A stretch of DNA of 18,261 nucleotides from Chloroflexota bacterium (GTDB lineage: Bacteria; Chloroflexota; Dehalococcoidia; Lucifugimonadales; UBA3495). Position 1 is the first letter of the stretch. Each line of letters begins with the position of its first letter. Position numbers and translations under genes: made by a program. Positions 1 to 7,965 of the stretch are shown here, piece by piece. Below the pieces are notes generated by a model. That model was not told the origin of the DNA and made no database searches. It was given only the letters and a program-made list of their open reading frames with translations. The stretch covers positions 1 to 18,261 of the forward strand of contig JAQBVF010000039.1 in NCBI GenBank assembly GCA_027623675.1, given 5' to 3'.

Positions 1-153
1 TTACAGAACAGAGTTTTTAGCCATATGGGAAATGTGGGCTAAAGCTTCCAAGTTATTGTCATTCGCGAAAATGCAGATGAATCCCGCCTGCCTAAAGCCT
101 TCGGTAATACCTCCTGCTCCACAGAACAGATCGATGGTTATCGGGTCCTTCAT
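1..153 (-). pseudogene. Truncated DNA (cytosine-5)-methyltransferase, N-terminal 50 aa only
   Basis: Not in the ORF track. Manual translation from ATG at 153 gives MKDPITIDLFCGAGGITEGFRQAGFICIFANDNNLEALAHISHMAKNSVL*, with TAA at 1-3. It contains C5-MTase motif I (DLFCGAGG) and motif II (FAND) but no catalytic PC motif. It overlaps the vsr stop as ATGA. Confidence 0.8.
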
Positions 154-632
154 AATTGGCCCTCTTTGAATGCGGTGGGTACTGCTTGCCGGTTGTTAAG
201 TTCAGGGTAATTAGACTTCTTTTTGTTTAAAAACAACAAGAGGCGATTGACACCCTGTTCCACAGAACATTCCGATATCGTCTCAACATGCCAACCATGA
301 TAACTTAGCTCTTTGTAAGAATTTTTGTCCCGAGCTACGTTTCGTCTAATTTTGGCGGACCAATATGCTTGGTTAGTTTTGGGACTGTTGTTTCGGTTGC
401 AACCGCCACGTCCGTGCCAGAAGCATCCATGGATAAAGACGGCGACTTTATATCTTGGAAAATGGATATCGGGGTTTCCCGCAAGATGCTTCTGGTGCAA
501 TCTATATCTGAAACCTGCGGCGCGAATCATCTTTCTAGTGAACAATTCAGGTTTGGTATCCTGACTTCGAATGGCAGCCATGTTTTGACTTCTGGCAGGA
601 TCTGGAGAAATAAAATCCGGTAATCGCGACAT
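150..632 (-). CDS. vsr: Very short patch repair endonuclease (Vsr family)
   Basis: Motifs RSxNMAAIRSxDTKPE, GFRYRLH, GxPDI, AVFIHGCFWH, YWxxKIxRNVxRD. Lies directly upstream of a C5-MTase start. Confidence 0.93.
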   Translation of the reverse strand: MSRLPDFISPDPARSQNMAAIRSQDTKPELFTRKMIRAAGFRYRLHQKHLAGNPDIHFPRYKVAVFIHGCFWHGRGGCNRNNSPKTNQAYWSAKIRRNVARDKNSYKELSYHGWHVETISECSVEQGVNRLLLFLNKKKSNYPELNNRQAVPTAFKEGQL

Positions 633-659
633 TTATAGTCCTAACTTCCATATACTGGT

Positions 660-758
660 TCACTCTAACGTCCGCAACCCCGCCAGCGCCTTGTCGGCGG
701 TGATGGGTAGGTCGGTGATTCGGACACCCTTGACCAGGACCGGGAGGTCGGCGGAGGG
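660..758 (-). pseudogene. Relic copy of the 3' end of the XDH-family molybdoenzyme gene
   Basis: Translates as PSADLPVLVKGVRITDLPITADKALAGLRTLE*, versus gene end TSADIPVLETVLVQG...GVRITDLPITADKVLAGLRALER*. Positions 663-728 match 1511-1576 at 58/66 nt by manual count. Confidence 0.88.
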
Positions 759-774
759 TCGCCTTTCAAGTGAT

Positions 775-1161
775 TCAGGCTGGTTCGAATAGTCTTATCT
801 CGTCCATGGGGAAGTCCTTGACGTTGGCGGTGACAAGGATTGCGCTCTCGGCGATGGCTGTGGCGGCGATAAGAGTGTCGGTAACCGAGAGAGCCGTTCC
901 TCGTCGAGCAAATTCGTACCGGTATCGGCCGGCTTCTCTAGCGGAATCTTTCGACACTTCATAATATTCGAGCCTGCCGGTCAGATCATCCGCGGTCTCT
1001 TGCTCATTGGGGCCTAACCCTGCATAGAGTTCAGCAACACTGACGCAGCAGACGCCCAGGCGGTGCCCGTCTGCCGCTAAAGTGTGAACCAGCTCCTGAG
1101 CATCGTTACGGCCCCGGAGATGGTCGATCAATAACGTGGTGTCAAGGATGTATTTAGCCAC
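775..1161 (-). CDS. vapC: PIN-domain toxin, VapC family (type II TA)
   Basis: PIN motifs YILDTTLLID, SVAELYAG, DTLIAATA, LVTANVKDF. Likely GTG start at 1161 overlapping the antitoxin stop. Confidence 0.92.
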   Translation of the reverse strand: MAKYILDTTLLIDHLRGRNDAQELVHTLAADGHRLGVCCVSVAELYAGLGPNEQETADDLTGRLEYYEVSKDSAREAGRYRYEFARRGTALSVTDTLIAATAIAESAILVTANVKDFPMDEIRLFEPA

Positions 1162-1417
1162 GTTGACGGTCCTCGAAATCCTGATCACTCTGCTTCCGCA
1201 GATTCCTCACCCAGGATGCCACATCCTCTGCTGTATCCCACTCTGGATGGTCCGCCGCGGAAATAGTGCCCGCAGTTCTCTTCAGCGCCGATAGCAGGCC
1301 TTCTTTCCTCAATTTTTCCCGGATGGCCTCTTCGATGAACCGGCTTCGCTGGCCCTTGCTTGCGAATTCATCTATCGCGGCAACAAGGTCTTCGGGCAAG
1401 ATTACGTGTGTTCGCAT
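1154..1417 (-). CDS. vapB: Ribbon-helix-helix (CopG-like) antitoxin, VapB-type
   Basis: RHH pattern MRTHVILPEDLVAAID...RSRFIEEAIREKL. Lies immediately upstream of and overlaps the PIN toxin. GAGG precedes ATG 1417; 1426 is an alternative start. Confidence 0.85.
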   Translation of the reverse strand: MRTHVILPEDLVAAIDEFASKGQRSRFIEEAIREKLRKEGLLSALKRTAGTISAADHPEWDTAEDVASWVRNLRKQSDQDFEDRQRG

Positions 1418-1433
1418 CTGCAACATCCTCTTA

Positions 1434-1467
1434 ATGAACCGTCACATCAATTATACACATGAACCGT
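1434..1467 (-). promoter_or_regulatory. vapBC promoter: extended -10 (TGTGTATAAT) flanked by 9-bp direct repeats
   Basis: TATAAT on the minus strand at 1450-1455 with an upstream TG. ATGAACCGT (plus strand) occurs at 1434-1442 and 1459-1467. Confidence 0.6.
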
Positions 1468-1504
1468 GGGCCTATGGCGTGTGACCTCAGGCTTGCGCGT
1501 CCGC

Positions 1505-3727
1505 CTACCTCTCCAACGCCCGCAGCCCCGCCAGGACCTTATCGGCGGTGATGGGCAGGTCGGTGATTCGGACGCCCACGGCGTCGAAAACGGCGTTGGC
1601 GATGGCGCCGGCGATGGGGATGTTGCTGCTTTCGCCGATGCCTTTGCTCTCGTAGGGGGCGGGGCCAGCGTCGCCCTGGACCAGGACGGTCTCCAAGACG
1701 GGGATGTCGGCGGAGGTGGGGATCTTGTAGTCACCCAAGCTCAGGGTGGAGATCTGGCCGTCCTCCAGCTTCAGTTCCTCCATCAGGGCATAGCCTAGGC
1801 CCTGGATCAGGCCGCCCTCCACCTGGCCCTGGTGGTTCAGCGGGTTCAGGATGGCGCCGATGTCGTGGGCGGTGATGATCTTGTTCACTGTTACCTGGCC
1901 CGTCTCCGTATCCACCGTGACCTCCGCCACCTGGGTGCAGAACGAAGTCAAGTCTGGAGTCTCCGAGGTCACGCTGGTCTCCCCCGTCAGTTCGCCCGTC
2001 CCGGTCTGGCTGATGACCTCCGCGATGGTAATGCTGCGGCCCAGGGCCACCAGGCGTCCGTTCTCCATGGTCACCTGTTCCTCGGGGGCGTCCAGCAATG
2101 GCGAAGCCGCCTCGATGAGCTTGCCGCGCAATTCCCGGGCGGCCCCGACCACCGCCTGACCGGCGGTGTAGGTCACCCGGCTGCCGCCCGAGCCGGAGCT
2201 GTAGGGCATGTTGGAGGTGTTTTCCAAAACGATCCGGACGTCGGCGGTGTCCAGGGTCAGTTCTTCGGCCACCATCTGCCGCAGCACGGTGTGCGAGCCG
2301 GTGCCCGTATCCCAGAAGGCCATGTGCAGCTCGGGCTGGCCCGCGCCGTTCAGGCCGACCTTGGCGGCGAACTGGCCCGTGCCCTGCACCAGGTCGGTCA
2401 TGGCGAAGCCCCGGCCGGTGTTGGGCGGCAGTGGCTGGTTTATGTTGGCCGCTTCGGCCGCCGCCACCAGCGTCTCCTCGGCCTTGATCTGCGCCCAGTG
2501 GCGTCCGATGGGCGAGGAGTCGCCCTCCCGCATGACGTTCTTCAACCTGAACTCGTGGGCGTCCAGGCCCAACTCGTGGGCGATCATGTCCATGTGAGAC
2601 TCAACCGCGAAGACCACCTGGGGCTTGGCGGGACTGCGCATGTGGCCCCGGGGCACGTTGTTGGTGTAGACCGTGTAGCTGTCGGTCCGGGCGTGGGGGA
2701 CCTTGTAGACGCCGCACAGGTGGTCGGCGCCCCGAAGATAGACCGTGGGCTTGAAGGCACCGTAAGCGCCGCTGTCGAACACCGCCCTCGCCTGCCGGGC
2801 CATGATCGTGCCGTCCTTCATGACGCCGGTCTTGATGGTCATCACCGCCGGGTGGCGGGGGTTGCCGGCCATCAGCTCTTGGATGTAGTCCATGACCATC
2901 TTCACGGGACGGCCCGCGGCCTTGGACAGGTAGTAGCAGAGGGGCACGTCCATGAACGAACCTTTGCCGCCGAAGTCGCCGCCGATGCTGCACGGATGGA
3001 GCACGATGCTCTCGGCGGGGACGCTCCAGGTGGCGGCCAGTTGGTCGCGCAGCATGTAGGGGTCTTTGTTGTTGGCCCAGATGTTCACCTGCCCAGTGTC
3101 TTCGGCGCTGACAACACATGCGTGGGGCTCGATGTAGGCCTGGTGCATCAGTTGGGCGTTGAACGTGTGCTCGAAGACCAGGTCCGACTCCTGGAAGCCT
3201 TGTTCGATGTCCCCCTTGCCCCAGGTCATGTGGGCGAAGGCGTTGTTGATCCCGGACGGCGGCTGGGGCAGGCCCACGTAGGACTCCAGGTCGGGGTGCA
3301 GCGTGGGGGCGCCGGCGGCCATTGCCGCTTCGGCGTCGAAGACCGGGGTCAGTTCCTCGTACTCCACATCGATGAGCAGCAGGGCCTCCGAGGCGGTTTC
3401 CGGGTCATCGGCGGCTACGGCGGCCACCTTCTCGCCCACGAACCGGACCACGCCCTGCGCCAGCACGGGCATATCGACCAGGCGGCGACCGATCTTGGTT
3501 TCGGGCAGGTCTTGTCCGGTGACAACGGCGCGCACGCCGGGCAGGGCCAAGGCTTTGGACGTGTCGATGCCGATTATGCGGGCGTGGGGGTAGGGGCTGC
3601 GGAGCACTTTGCCCCAGAGCATGCCCGGCAGGGAGATGTCGGCGGCGTACACCGACTTGCCGGTGACCTTGTCAGGGCCCTCGCCCCGCACGATTGATTG
3701 CCCGATGGCGTGGGGTATGGCGGCCAT
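1505..3727 (-). CDS. Xanthine dehydrogenase/aldehyde oxidoreductase family molybdopterin-binding large subunit
   Basis: Motifs DKVTG, LRSPYPHARI, VRFVGEKVAAVAA, IGGDFGGK, GSGGSR, GQVEGGLIQGLGYAL, SKGIGE, AIANAVFDAVGVRI. GGAG RBS precedes ATG 3727; the track start at 3826 is probably over-extended. Confidence 0.93.
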   Translation of the reverse strand: MAAIPHAIGQSIVRGEGPDKVTGKSVYAADISLPGMLWGKVLRSPYPHARIIGIDTSKALALPGVRAVVTGQDLPETKIGRRLVDMPVLAQGVVRFVGEKVAAVAADDPETASEALLLIDVEYEELTPVFDAEAAMAAGAPTLHPDLESYVGLPQPPSGINNAFAHMTWGKGDIEQGFQESDLVFEHTFNAQLMHQAYIEPHACVVSAEDTGQVNIWANNKDPYMLRDQLAATWSVPAESIVLHPCSIGGDFGGKGSFMDVPLCYYLSKAAGRPVKMVMDYIQELMAGNPRHPAVMTIKTGVMKDGTIMARQARAVFDSGAYGAFKPTVYLRGADHLCGVYKVPHARTDSYTVYTNNVPRGHMRSPAKPQVVFAVESHMDMIAHELGLDAHEFRLKNVMREGDSSPIGRHWAQIKAEETLVAAAEAANINQPLPPNTGRGFAMTDLVQGTGQFAAKVGLNGAGQPELHMAFWDTGTGSHTVLRQMVAEELTLDTADVRIVLENTSNMPYSSGSGGSRVTYTAGQAVVGAARELRGKLIEAASPLLDAPEEQVTMENGRLVALGRSITIAEVISQTGTGELTGETSVTSETPDLTSFCTQVAEVTVDTETGQVTVNKIITAHDIGAILNPLNHQGQVEGGLIQGLGYALMEELKLEDGQISTLSLGDYKIPTSADIPVLETVLVQGDAGPAPYESKGIGESSNIPIAGAIANAVFDAVGVRITDLPITADKVLAGLRALER

Positions 3728-3738
3728 GTTTAACTCCA

Positions 3739-3750
3739 GTAACCGGTTAC
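3739..3750. promoter_or_regulatory. Perfect 12-bp palindrome GTAACCGGTTAC, candidate operator
   Basis: Palindrome seen directly, immediately upstream of the XDH gene RBS. It resembles LacI-family operator geometry. Confidence 0.4.
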
Positions 3751-3786
3751 CAGTGATCAGTACCGGGGTAATGATTCCAGCGTGGG

Positions 3787-4323
3787 CTAGCGCAGAACAA
3801 CTCCGGCGCCGCGGGGCAGGTCCCACCCCTCGTCTTGGAGGCCGCGCAGGTAGTCGATCTGGCCGTGGTGGTTGTTCTTGTGGGTGATCGATTGGCGTAG
3901 TACATCGGCCACGGTGTGCTCCGGCCGGGCTGGGTCGGGCGCGTCGTCCAGGGCATCCGGCGTCAGCCCGGAAACGTACTGTATAGCGCGATGGTGCACG
4001 GCTTCGGCGTACCCGGTTAGAACGTCCAATGAGGGTATGGCCAGGGCGCGGAGGCCCAGGCGGTCGCCAGGGTCTGGGGCCGTGGCCGGCTGGCCGAACT
4101 GCTCGTGCCAGCTATCAACAGCCCAGATGTCGGCGCCGAAGCCGCCCGCTCCGGTGATGCGGGCGTCCTCGTGGCGGGCCAGGTGCCACATGATGAAGCC
4201 GATGTTGTTGGCCGTGGGCGCCGGACGCCAAGTCAATTGCTCTTGGCTCAGGTTTTCGCAGGTGGCCAGCAGCCGCAGGTGCACTTGGGCCAGGCAGTCT
4301 GAGATGAAACCGATGGTGTTCAT
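3787..4323 (-). CDS. DinB/YfiT-like (DinB_2) family protein, putative thiol S-transferase/metalloenzyme
   Basis: His pattern of the DinB superfamily: LTWRP...NNIGFIMWHLARHED and HxxxHHGQIDYLRG. GAGGA RBS precedes ATG 4323. Confidence 0.85.
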   Translation of the reverse strand: MNTIGFISDCLAQVHLRLLATCENLSQEQLTWRPAPTANNIGFIMWHLARHEDARITGAGGFGADIWAVDSWHEQFGQPATAPDPGDRLGLRALAIPSLDVLTGYAEAVHHRAIQYVSGLTPDALDDAPDPARPEHTVADVLRQSITHKNNHHGQIDYLRGLQDEGWDLPRGAGVVLR

Positions 4324-4542
4324 GATTTCCTCTTGTCGAGTCCAGATCGTGTCCGGTGGGGCCGGTGGCCGCGAAAGGGGAATTATGCCATACCGAATGG
4401 TGGGAATGTCGCCGGCGGGGGTCAACGAAATGGCTTGTGTTAACTGTTGCGCTGGCGGAACATGTAGGTTGGCTGGACGATCGCTCCAGACTCTCGCCGA
4501 ACTCACACCGAAGTCACGGTGAATCGAGATAAGATTTTATCT

Positions 4543-5019
4543 ATGGACAAACGAATTCTTCTTCCCATATTTCTAGGTCTATTGCTCGTGATGCTCACTG
4601 CGTGCGGTCTGATCGGCGGCGAGGACGAGGCAACCGGAGATGCTACCCCGGGACCGGCTGGCGCCGAGGCGACCGTTGCTCCCGGCCAAGCCGGCGGTGG
4701 GACCGGCGCTCCGGCGACGTCCACACCTGGGGCCGGGCCTTCCGCCACGCCGGCGGCGATTGAAGGCGACCTATTCCTGCAACTGCTCGACCCCCTCGAG
4801 GCCGAGGTGTTCACCGAGGTCAGCCCCTTGCGTGTCGCGGGCCGGACCCGCGTCGACGCCGTGGTGACGGTGAACGACACGATCGTGGAACCAGACATCG
4901 ACGGCAAGTTTTCGTTGGATGTTCCCTTGGAAGAGGGCCCCAACATCATTGAGGTTGTAGCCAGCGTGGCCAGCGGGGAACAGCAAGACCTGGTCCTAGT
5001 CGCGATCTACCTACCGTAG
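4543..5019 (+). CDS. Lipoprotein with low-complexity linker and C-terminal Ig-like beta domain
   Basis: Signal peptide with lipobox LTA-C, then a P/A/G/T-rich linker, then VAGRT...VTVN...DGKFSLDVPLEEGPNIIEVVA (Ig-like pattern). Confidence 0.8.
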   Translation: MDKRILLPIFLGLLLVMLTACGLIGGEDEATGDATPGPAGAEATVAPGQAGGGTGAPATSTPGAGPSATPAAIEGDLFLQLLDPLEAEVFTEVSPLRVAGRTRVDAVVTVNDTIVEPDIDGKFSLDVPLEEGPNIIEVVASVASGEQQDLVLVAIYLP

Positions 5020-5096
5020 AGACCGGTCCGTAAACGCCGGCACAACGCACATCAGAGCGACCGAAGATATTCGATTTCCCTTTTACAGGTGTCCGT

Positions 5097-7271
5097 TTGT
5101 TAGAACTAAACCAACCTACCTCTTTCGTTAACCACAGAACTTCGCGTCTCCACCGGCTGGGTTTCGGCTTGCTTGCCGCCACCCTTGGCGTGCTGCTGCT
5201 GGCCCTGTTTGGCGGCACGGCGTCGGCCCAAGACGGCCGGACCATCGGACGCGGTTTCACCGGCATAGTCACATCCGTGGACACGGACCTTTCGATACTG
5301 ACGGTCGAATCTGGCCGGGCGGTCTTCCGGTTGGCGGTGACCGACACCACCGTGATCAACTTTCCGCCGGATAAGAACGTGGGCCTGGCGGGGCTGCCAG
5401 GCGAGACCGGCTTCAAGATAGCCGGGTTGGTGGAAAAGCAGATCACCGACGACGAGGGCAATGTGGCCTCTGATCTGCTGAATGCCCTGAAGATCACGGT
5501 CGTTCCGGGCAAGGCAACCCGCTCCCACAAGCGGAGCATCGCCGCTGAGAAGGACGGCGATGACCTGACCACATTGGACGACGACGGCGAGCAGACCGAG
5601 CTGGCCGGACGCGGCGCGGGCTTCGAGAAAGGCGATGTGATCGTTCTGCTGGTCCAGAATCCGGGCCGTGGCGGCGGCAAGCTAACAGTCAAAGGGCTGT
5701 TCAAGGCCAAGGATGTGGACGCCCGGTTGGAACGCCTGACCAAAGCTGAAGGGGACAATCAGGAGAAGGCCGAGCTTCTGACTAAACTGCGCGACAAACG
5801 GGACGTTGACCAAGAAGAGCAACTTCAAAAGACGGCGGAGAAGGCCGAGAACCGGATGCGGGACTTTGTCCTGAGCAAGGTCAGGGCCATGCAGGAGGAA
5901 AGGAAGGACCGCAACGCCAGAGGCGGCGTGGGCTCAGCAGTATCTGAATGCGCCCGGGGCAACTCCGGCCGCGGCAACAACCAAGACAGTGGGAACACGC
6001 AGGGGTCAAGAGAAGGGTGCGAGACCGAAGAAAATCGAGAGTCCGCAGACTCGCCGGTGGTGCGCATAACCGCGCCCACTTCCGGCACGGTCGTCGGCGC
6101 CGGAGAAGTCGTCACTGTCAGGGCGGAGGCCAAAGATGACGTTGGAGTGGTCTCGGTGACGTTCCGCATGGCAGGTTCTCAGGATACCGTCGATACCGAA
6201 GCCCCTTACACCGTGGATGTGACCATCCCCACCGATGCTTCAACCGTGACCATCAAGGCCGTTGCGGTAGACTCGGACGGCAACAGGGGCGACGACTCGA
6301 TCACGCTGAGAGTGGCCCAACGGAAAGCCGGTGAGGTTGGCATCAAGATCACCAGTCCGCGGGCGAACGCCGGCGGCGATTCCGGTTCGCGGCGGTCCTC
6401 GGTGTCCGGAAGCAGCGGGGCGATCACCGAAGGCAGCACGGTGGATATCAGGGCCGAAGTGACCGGCGTTGGGGCCATCACCGTGGTATTCACCATCAAC
6501 GGCGTGTCACGGACCCCGATCTTGGCGCCGCCCTACGCCATGACCTACCTTCAGCCGTTAGCGCCTTTGGCCGAGCAGCCGTTGCCCCTCAAGATCACGG
6601 CCACGGCGACCGACAGCACTGGTAAGTCGGCGGCAGATTCGGTGGATGTTAAGGTGGTCCGGAAAACCACTGAAGTAAAGGTGAAGATCACCGAACCGGC
6701 GGCCAATGCCAAGCTTTCGGGCGGAGACAAGGTCGTCGTCAGGGCCGCCACGGGCGACGACTCCGCGATCGCTTCCGTGACTTTCTCGGTCGACGGGACA
6801 GAAAGCACGGTCACAACGGCGCCCTATTCATACACCTACGTGGTGCCGAGAAAGTCTTCGGGAGCGGCAGCCGTTTCATCGGTGCCACCGAATATCTTCA
6901 CGGGGACGGCCACGCTGAACGGAGCGCCGGCCCCCGACGATACGGTGGTTATCGCCTGGATCGCCGGCTCGGAAACCACCAGACCGGCTTTCCGTTGGGC
7001 CACTCTGTCGATCAAGGTCACCGCGACCGCTAAGACAGGCGAGACCGGCGTTGCGTCAATGTCGCTTCCGGTATCAAGGGCCGTGAACGCAGGCGAGGTC
7101 AAGGTTAAGAACGGCAAGTACACGATTCAAGCGTCCCAGCCGTCGGGGCAGAACTTCTCTGGCAAGAAGGTAACCTTCACCGTTGGAGGGGTTGATGCCG
7201 GCCAGACGGGGACCTGGAGACAGGGGGATGCCATCGAACTTAACCTGAATGCCAGCAGCGCCGGCCGGTAA
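5097..7271 (+). CDS. Large secreted/surface protein with three bacterial Ig-like (Big-type) domains
   Basis: Hydrophobic signal peptide ending ASA-Q and a charged helical region. Repeated ITxP...V..VTF...APY...I.ATA units. TTG start is uncertain. Confidence 0.8.
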   Translation: MLELNQPTSFVNHRTSRLHRLGFGLLAATLGVLLLALFGGTASAQDGRTIGRGFTGIVTSVDTDLSILTVESGRAVFRLAVTDTTVINFPPDKNVGLAGLPGETGFKIAGLVEKQITDDEGNVASDLLNALKITVVPGKATRSHKRSIAAEKDGDDLTTLDDDGEQTELAGRGAGFEKGDVIVLLVQNPGRGGGKLTVKGLFKAKDVDARLERLTKAEGDNQEKAELLTKLRDKRDVDQEEQLQKTAEKAENRMRDFVLSKVRAMQEERKDRNARGGVGSAVSECARGNSGRGNNQDSGNTQGSREGCETEENRESADSPVVRITAPTSGTVVGAGEVVTVRAEAKDDVGVVSVTFRMAGSQDTVDTEAPYTVDVTIPTDASTVTIKAVAVDSDGNRGDDSITLRVAQRKAGEVGIKITSPRANAGGDSGSRRSSVSGSSGAITEGSTVDIRAEVTGVGAITVVFTINGVSRTPILAPPYAMTYLQPLAPLAEQPLPLKITATATDSTGKSAADSVDVKVVRKTTEVKVKITEPAANAKLSGGDKVVVRAATGDDSAIASVTFSVDGTESTVTTAPYSYTYVVPRKSSGAAAVSSVPPNIFTGTATLNGAPAPDDTVVIAWIAGSETTRPAFRWATLSIKVTATAKTGETGVASMSLPVSRAVNAGEVKVKNGKYTIQASQPSGQNFSGKKVTFTVGGVDAGQTGTWRQGDAIELNLNASSAGR
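6309..7006. repeat. Perfect 24-bp inverted repeat pair (6309-6332 / 6983-7006) inside the Ig-domain gene
   Basis: AGAGTGGCCCAACGGAAAGCCGGT at 6309-6332. Its exact reverse complement ACCGGCTTTCCGTTGGGCCACTCT is at 6983-7006. Confidence 0.92.
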
Positions 7272-7314
7272 TCCGGCCTGGCAAATGTCGAAAGTCTAGG
7301 CCAACAGGCAAACG

Positions 7315-7351
7315 AATGAGGGCCTCAATTCTGAGGCCCTCATTTCATTTT
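7315..7351 (+). terminator. Intrinsic terminator between convergent genes
   Basis: 13-bp stem AATGAGGGCCTCA-attc-TGAGGCCCTCATT followed by TCATTTT. Confidence 0.8.
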
Positions 7352-7400
7352 CGTCATTCTCGCCCGTTGGCGGATACCCCGGGCTGCCTGCAGGCTCCGA

Positions 7401-7586
7401 TCAGGCCAGCGCCGTCTCCTCTTCCAAGTTCTCAGCGTCGGATAGGGTGGCTTTCAACACGTAGTCCGCTTCAAAATCCTTTCGGGGCAGGATGATATAA
7501 ACCGAGCGGAAAAGCACCATGACCAGCACCAGCAGCGCCACGGTGGAGCCGCCGATTACGGCAGCGACAATCTCTGCAGTTTCCAT
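7401..7586 (-). CDS. Small single-pass membrane protein, hypothetical (61 aa)
   Basis: METAEIVAAVIGGSTVALLVLVMVLFRSVYIILP: one hydrophobic helix and an acidic tail. Converges on the terminator. Confidence 0.6.
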   Translation of the reverse strand: METAEIVAAVIGGSTVALLVLVMVLFRSVYIILPRKDFEADYVLKATLSDAENLEEETALA

Positions 7587-7866
7587 AGCTTTAAGTCCGG
7601 CGCCAGATTTGGGCATCTGGGCACACATGGCCGCGTGGCCCTAAAATACCGTGGCCTTTTAAGAAGTATGAACTCATTTCTGCCTTGCGGCAAACCTCCA
7701 TGCCGGATCTGCGGCCTGAATCCCTTCGGTGTACGCTCAAAATCGTCGCCGTGGCGGTTGTAGCACCATCATCAATCGGCGATAAACCGGCAAGTCAGAT
7801 GCCTTTCGGTTTCGCCGAGGACGCTCGGGCACAGAATATGTAAATTCGGCAATAAATCGGCCCTGG

Positions 7867-7875
7867 TGCTATGAT
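7867..7875 (+). promoter_or_regulatory. Putative extended -10 promoter for typA
   Basis: TGcTATGAT about 90 nt upstream of the typA start. Confidence 0.35.
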
Positions 7876-7965
7876 GATTGGTGGCGTAAAAATATTTTGG
7901 GCAACGGTTGAAGCTGCGGCCAGGGAAAAACGCAGAGCACCGGCCGAAGCTACGACTGGAAAATC

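Noticed and set aside
1832..3697. Long plus-strand 621-aa ORF and similar antisense ORFs (e.g. 4946-5758, 8518-9183, 10045-10908, 10960-12114, 14002-14643)
   Set aside because: These are shadow frames opposite well-supported genes in GC-rich DNA, with no motifs.
1505..3727. Calling the molybdoenzyme coxL (CO dehydrogenase)
   Set aside because: It lacks the AYxCSFR/AYxGAGR motif and has no coxM/coxS neighbours.
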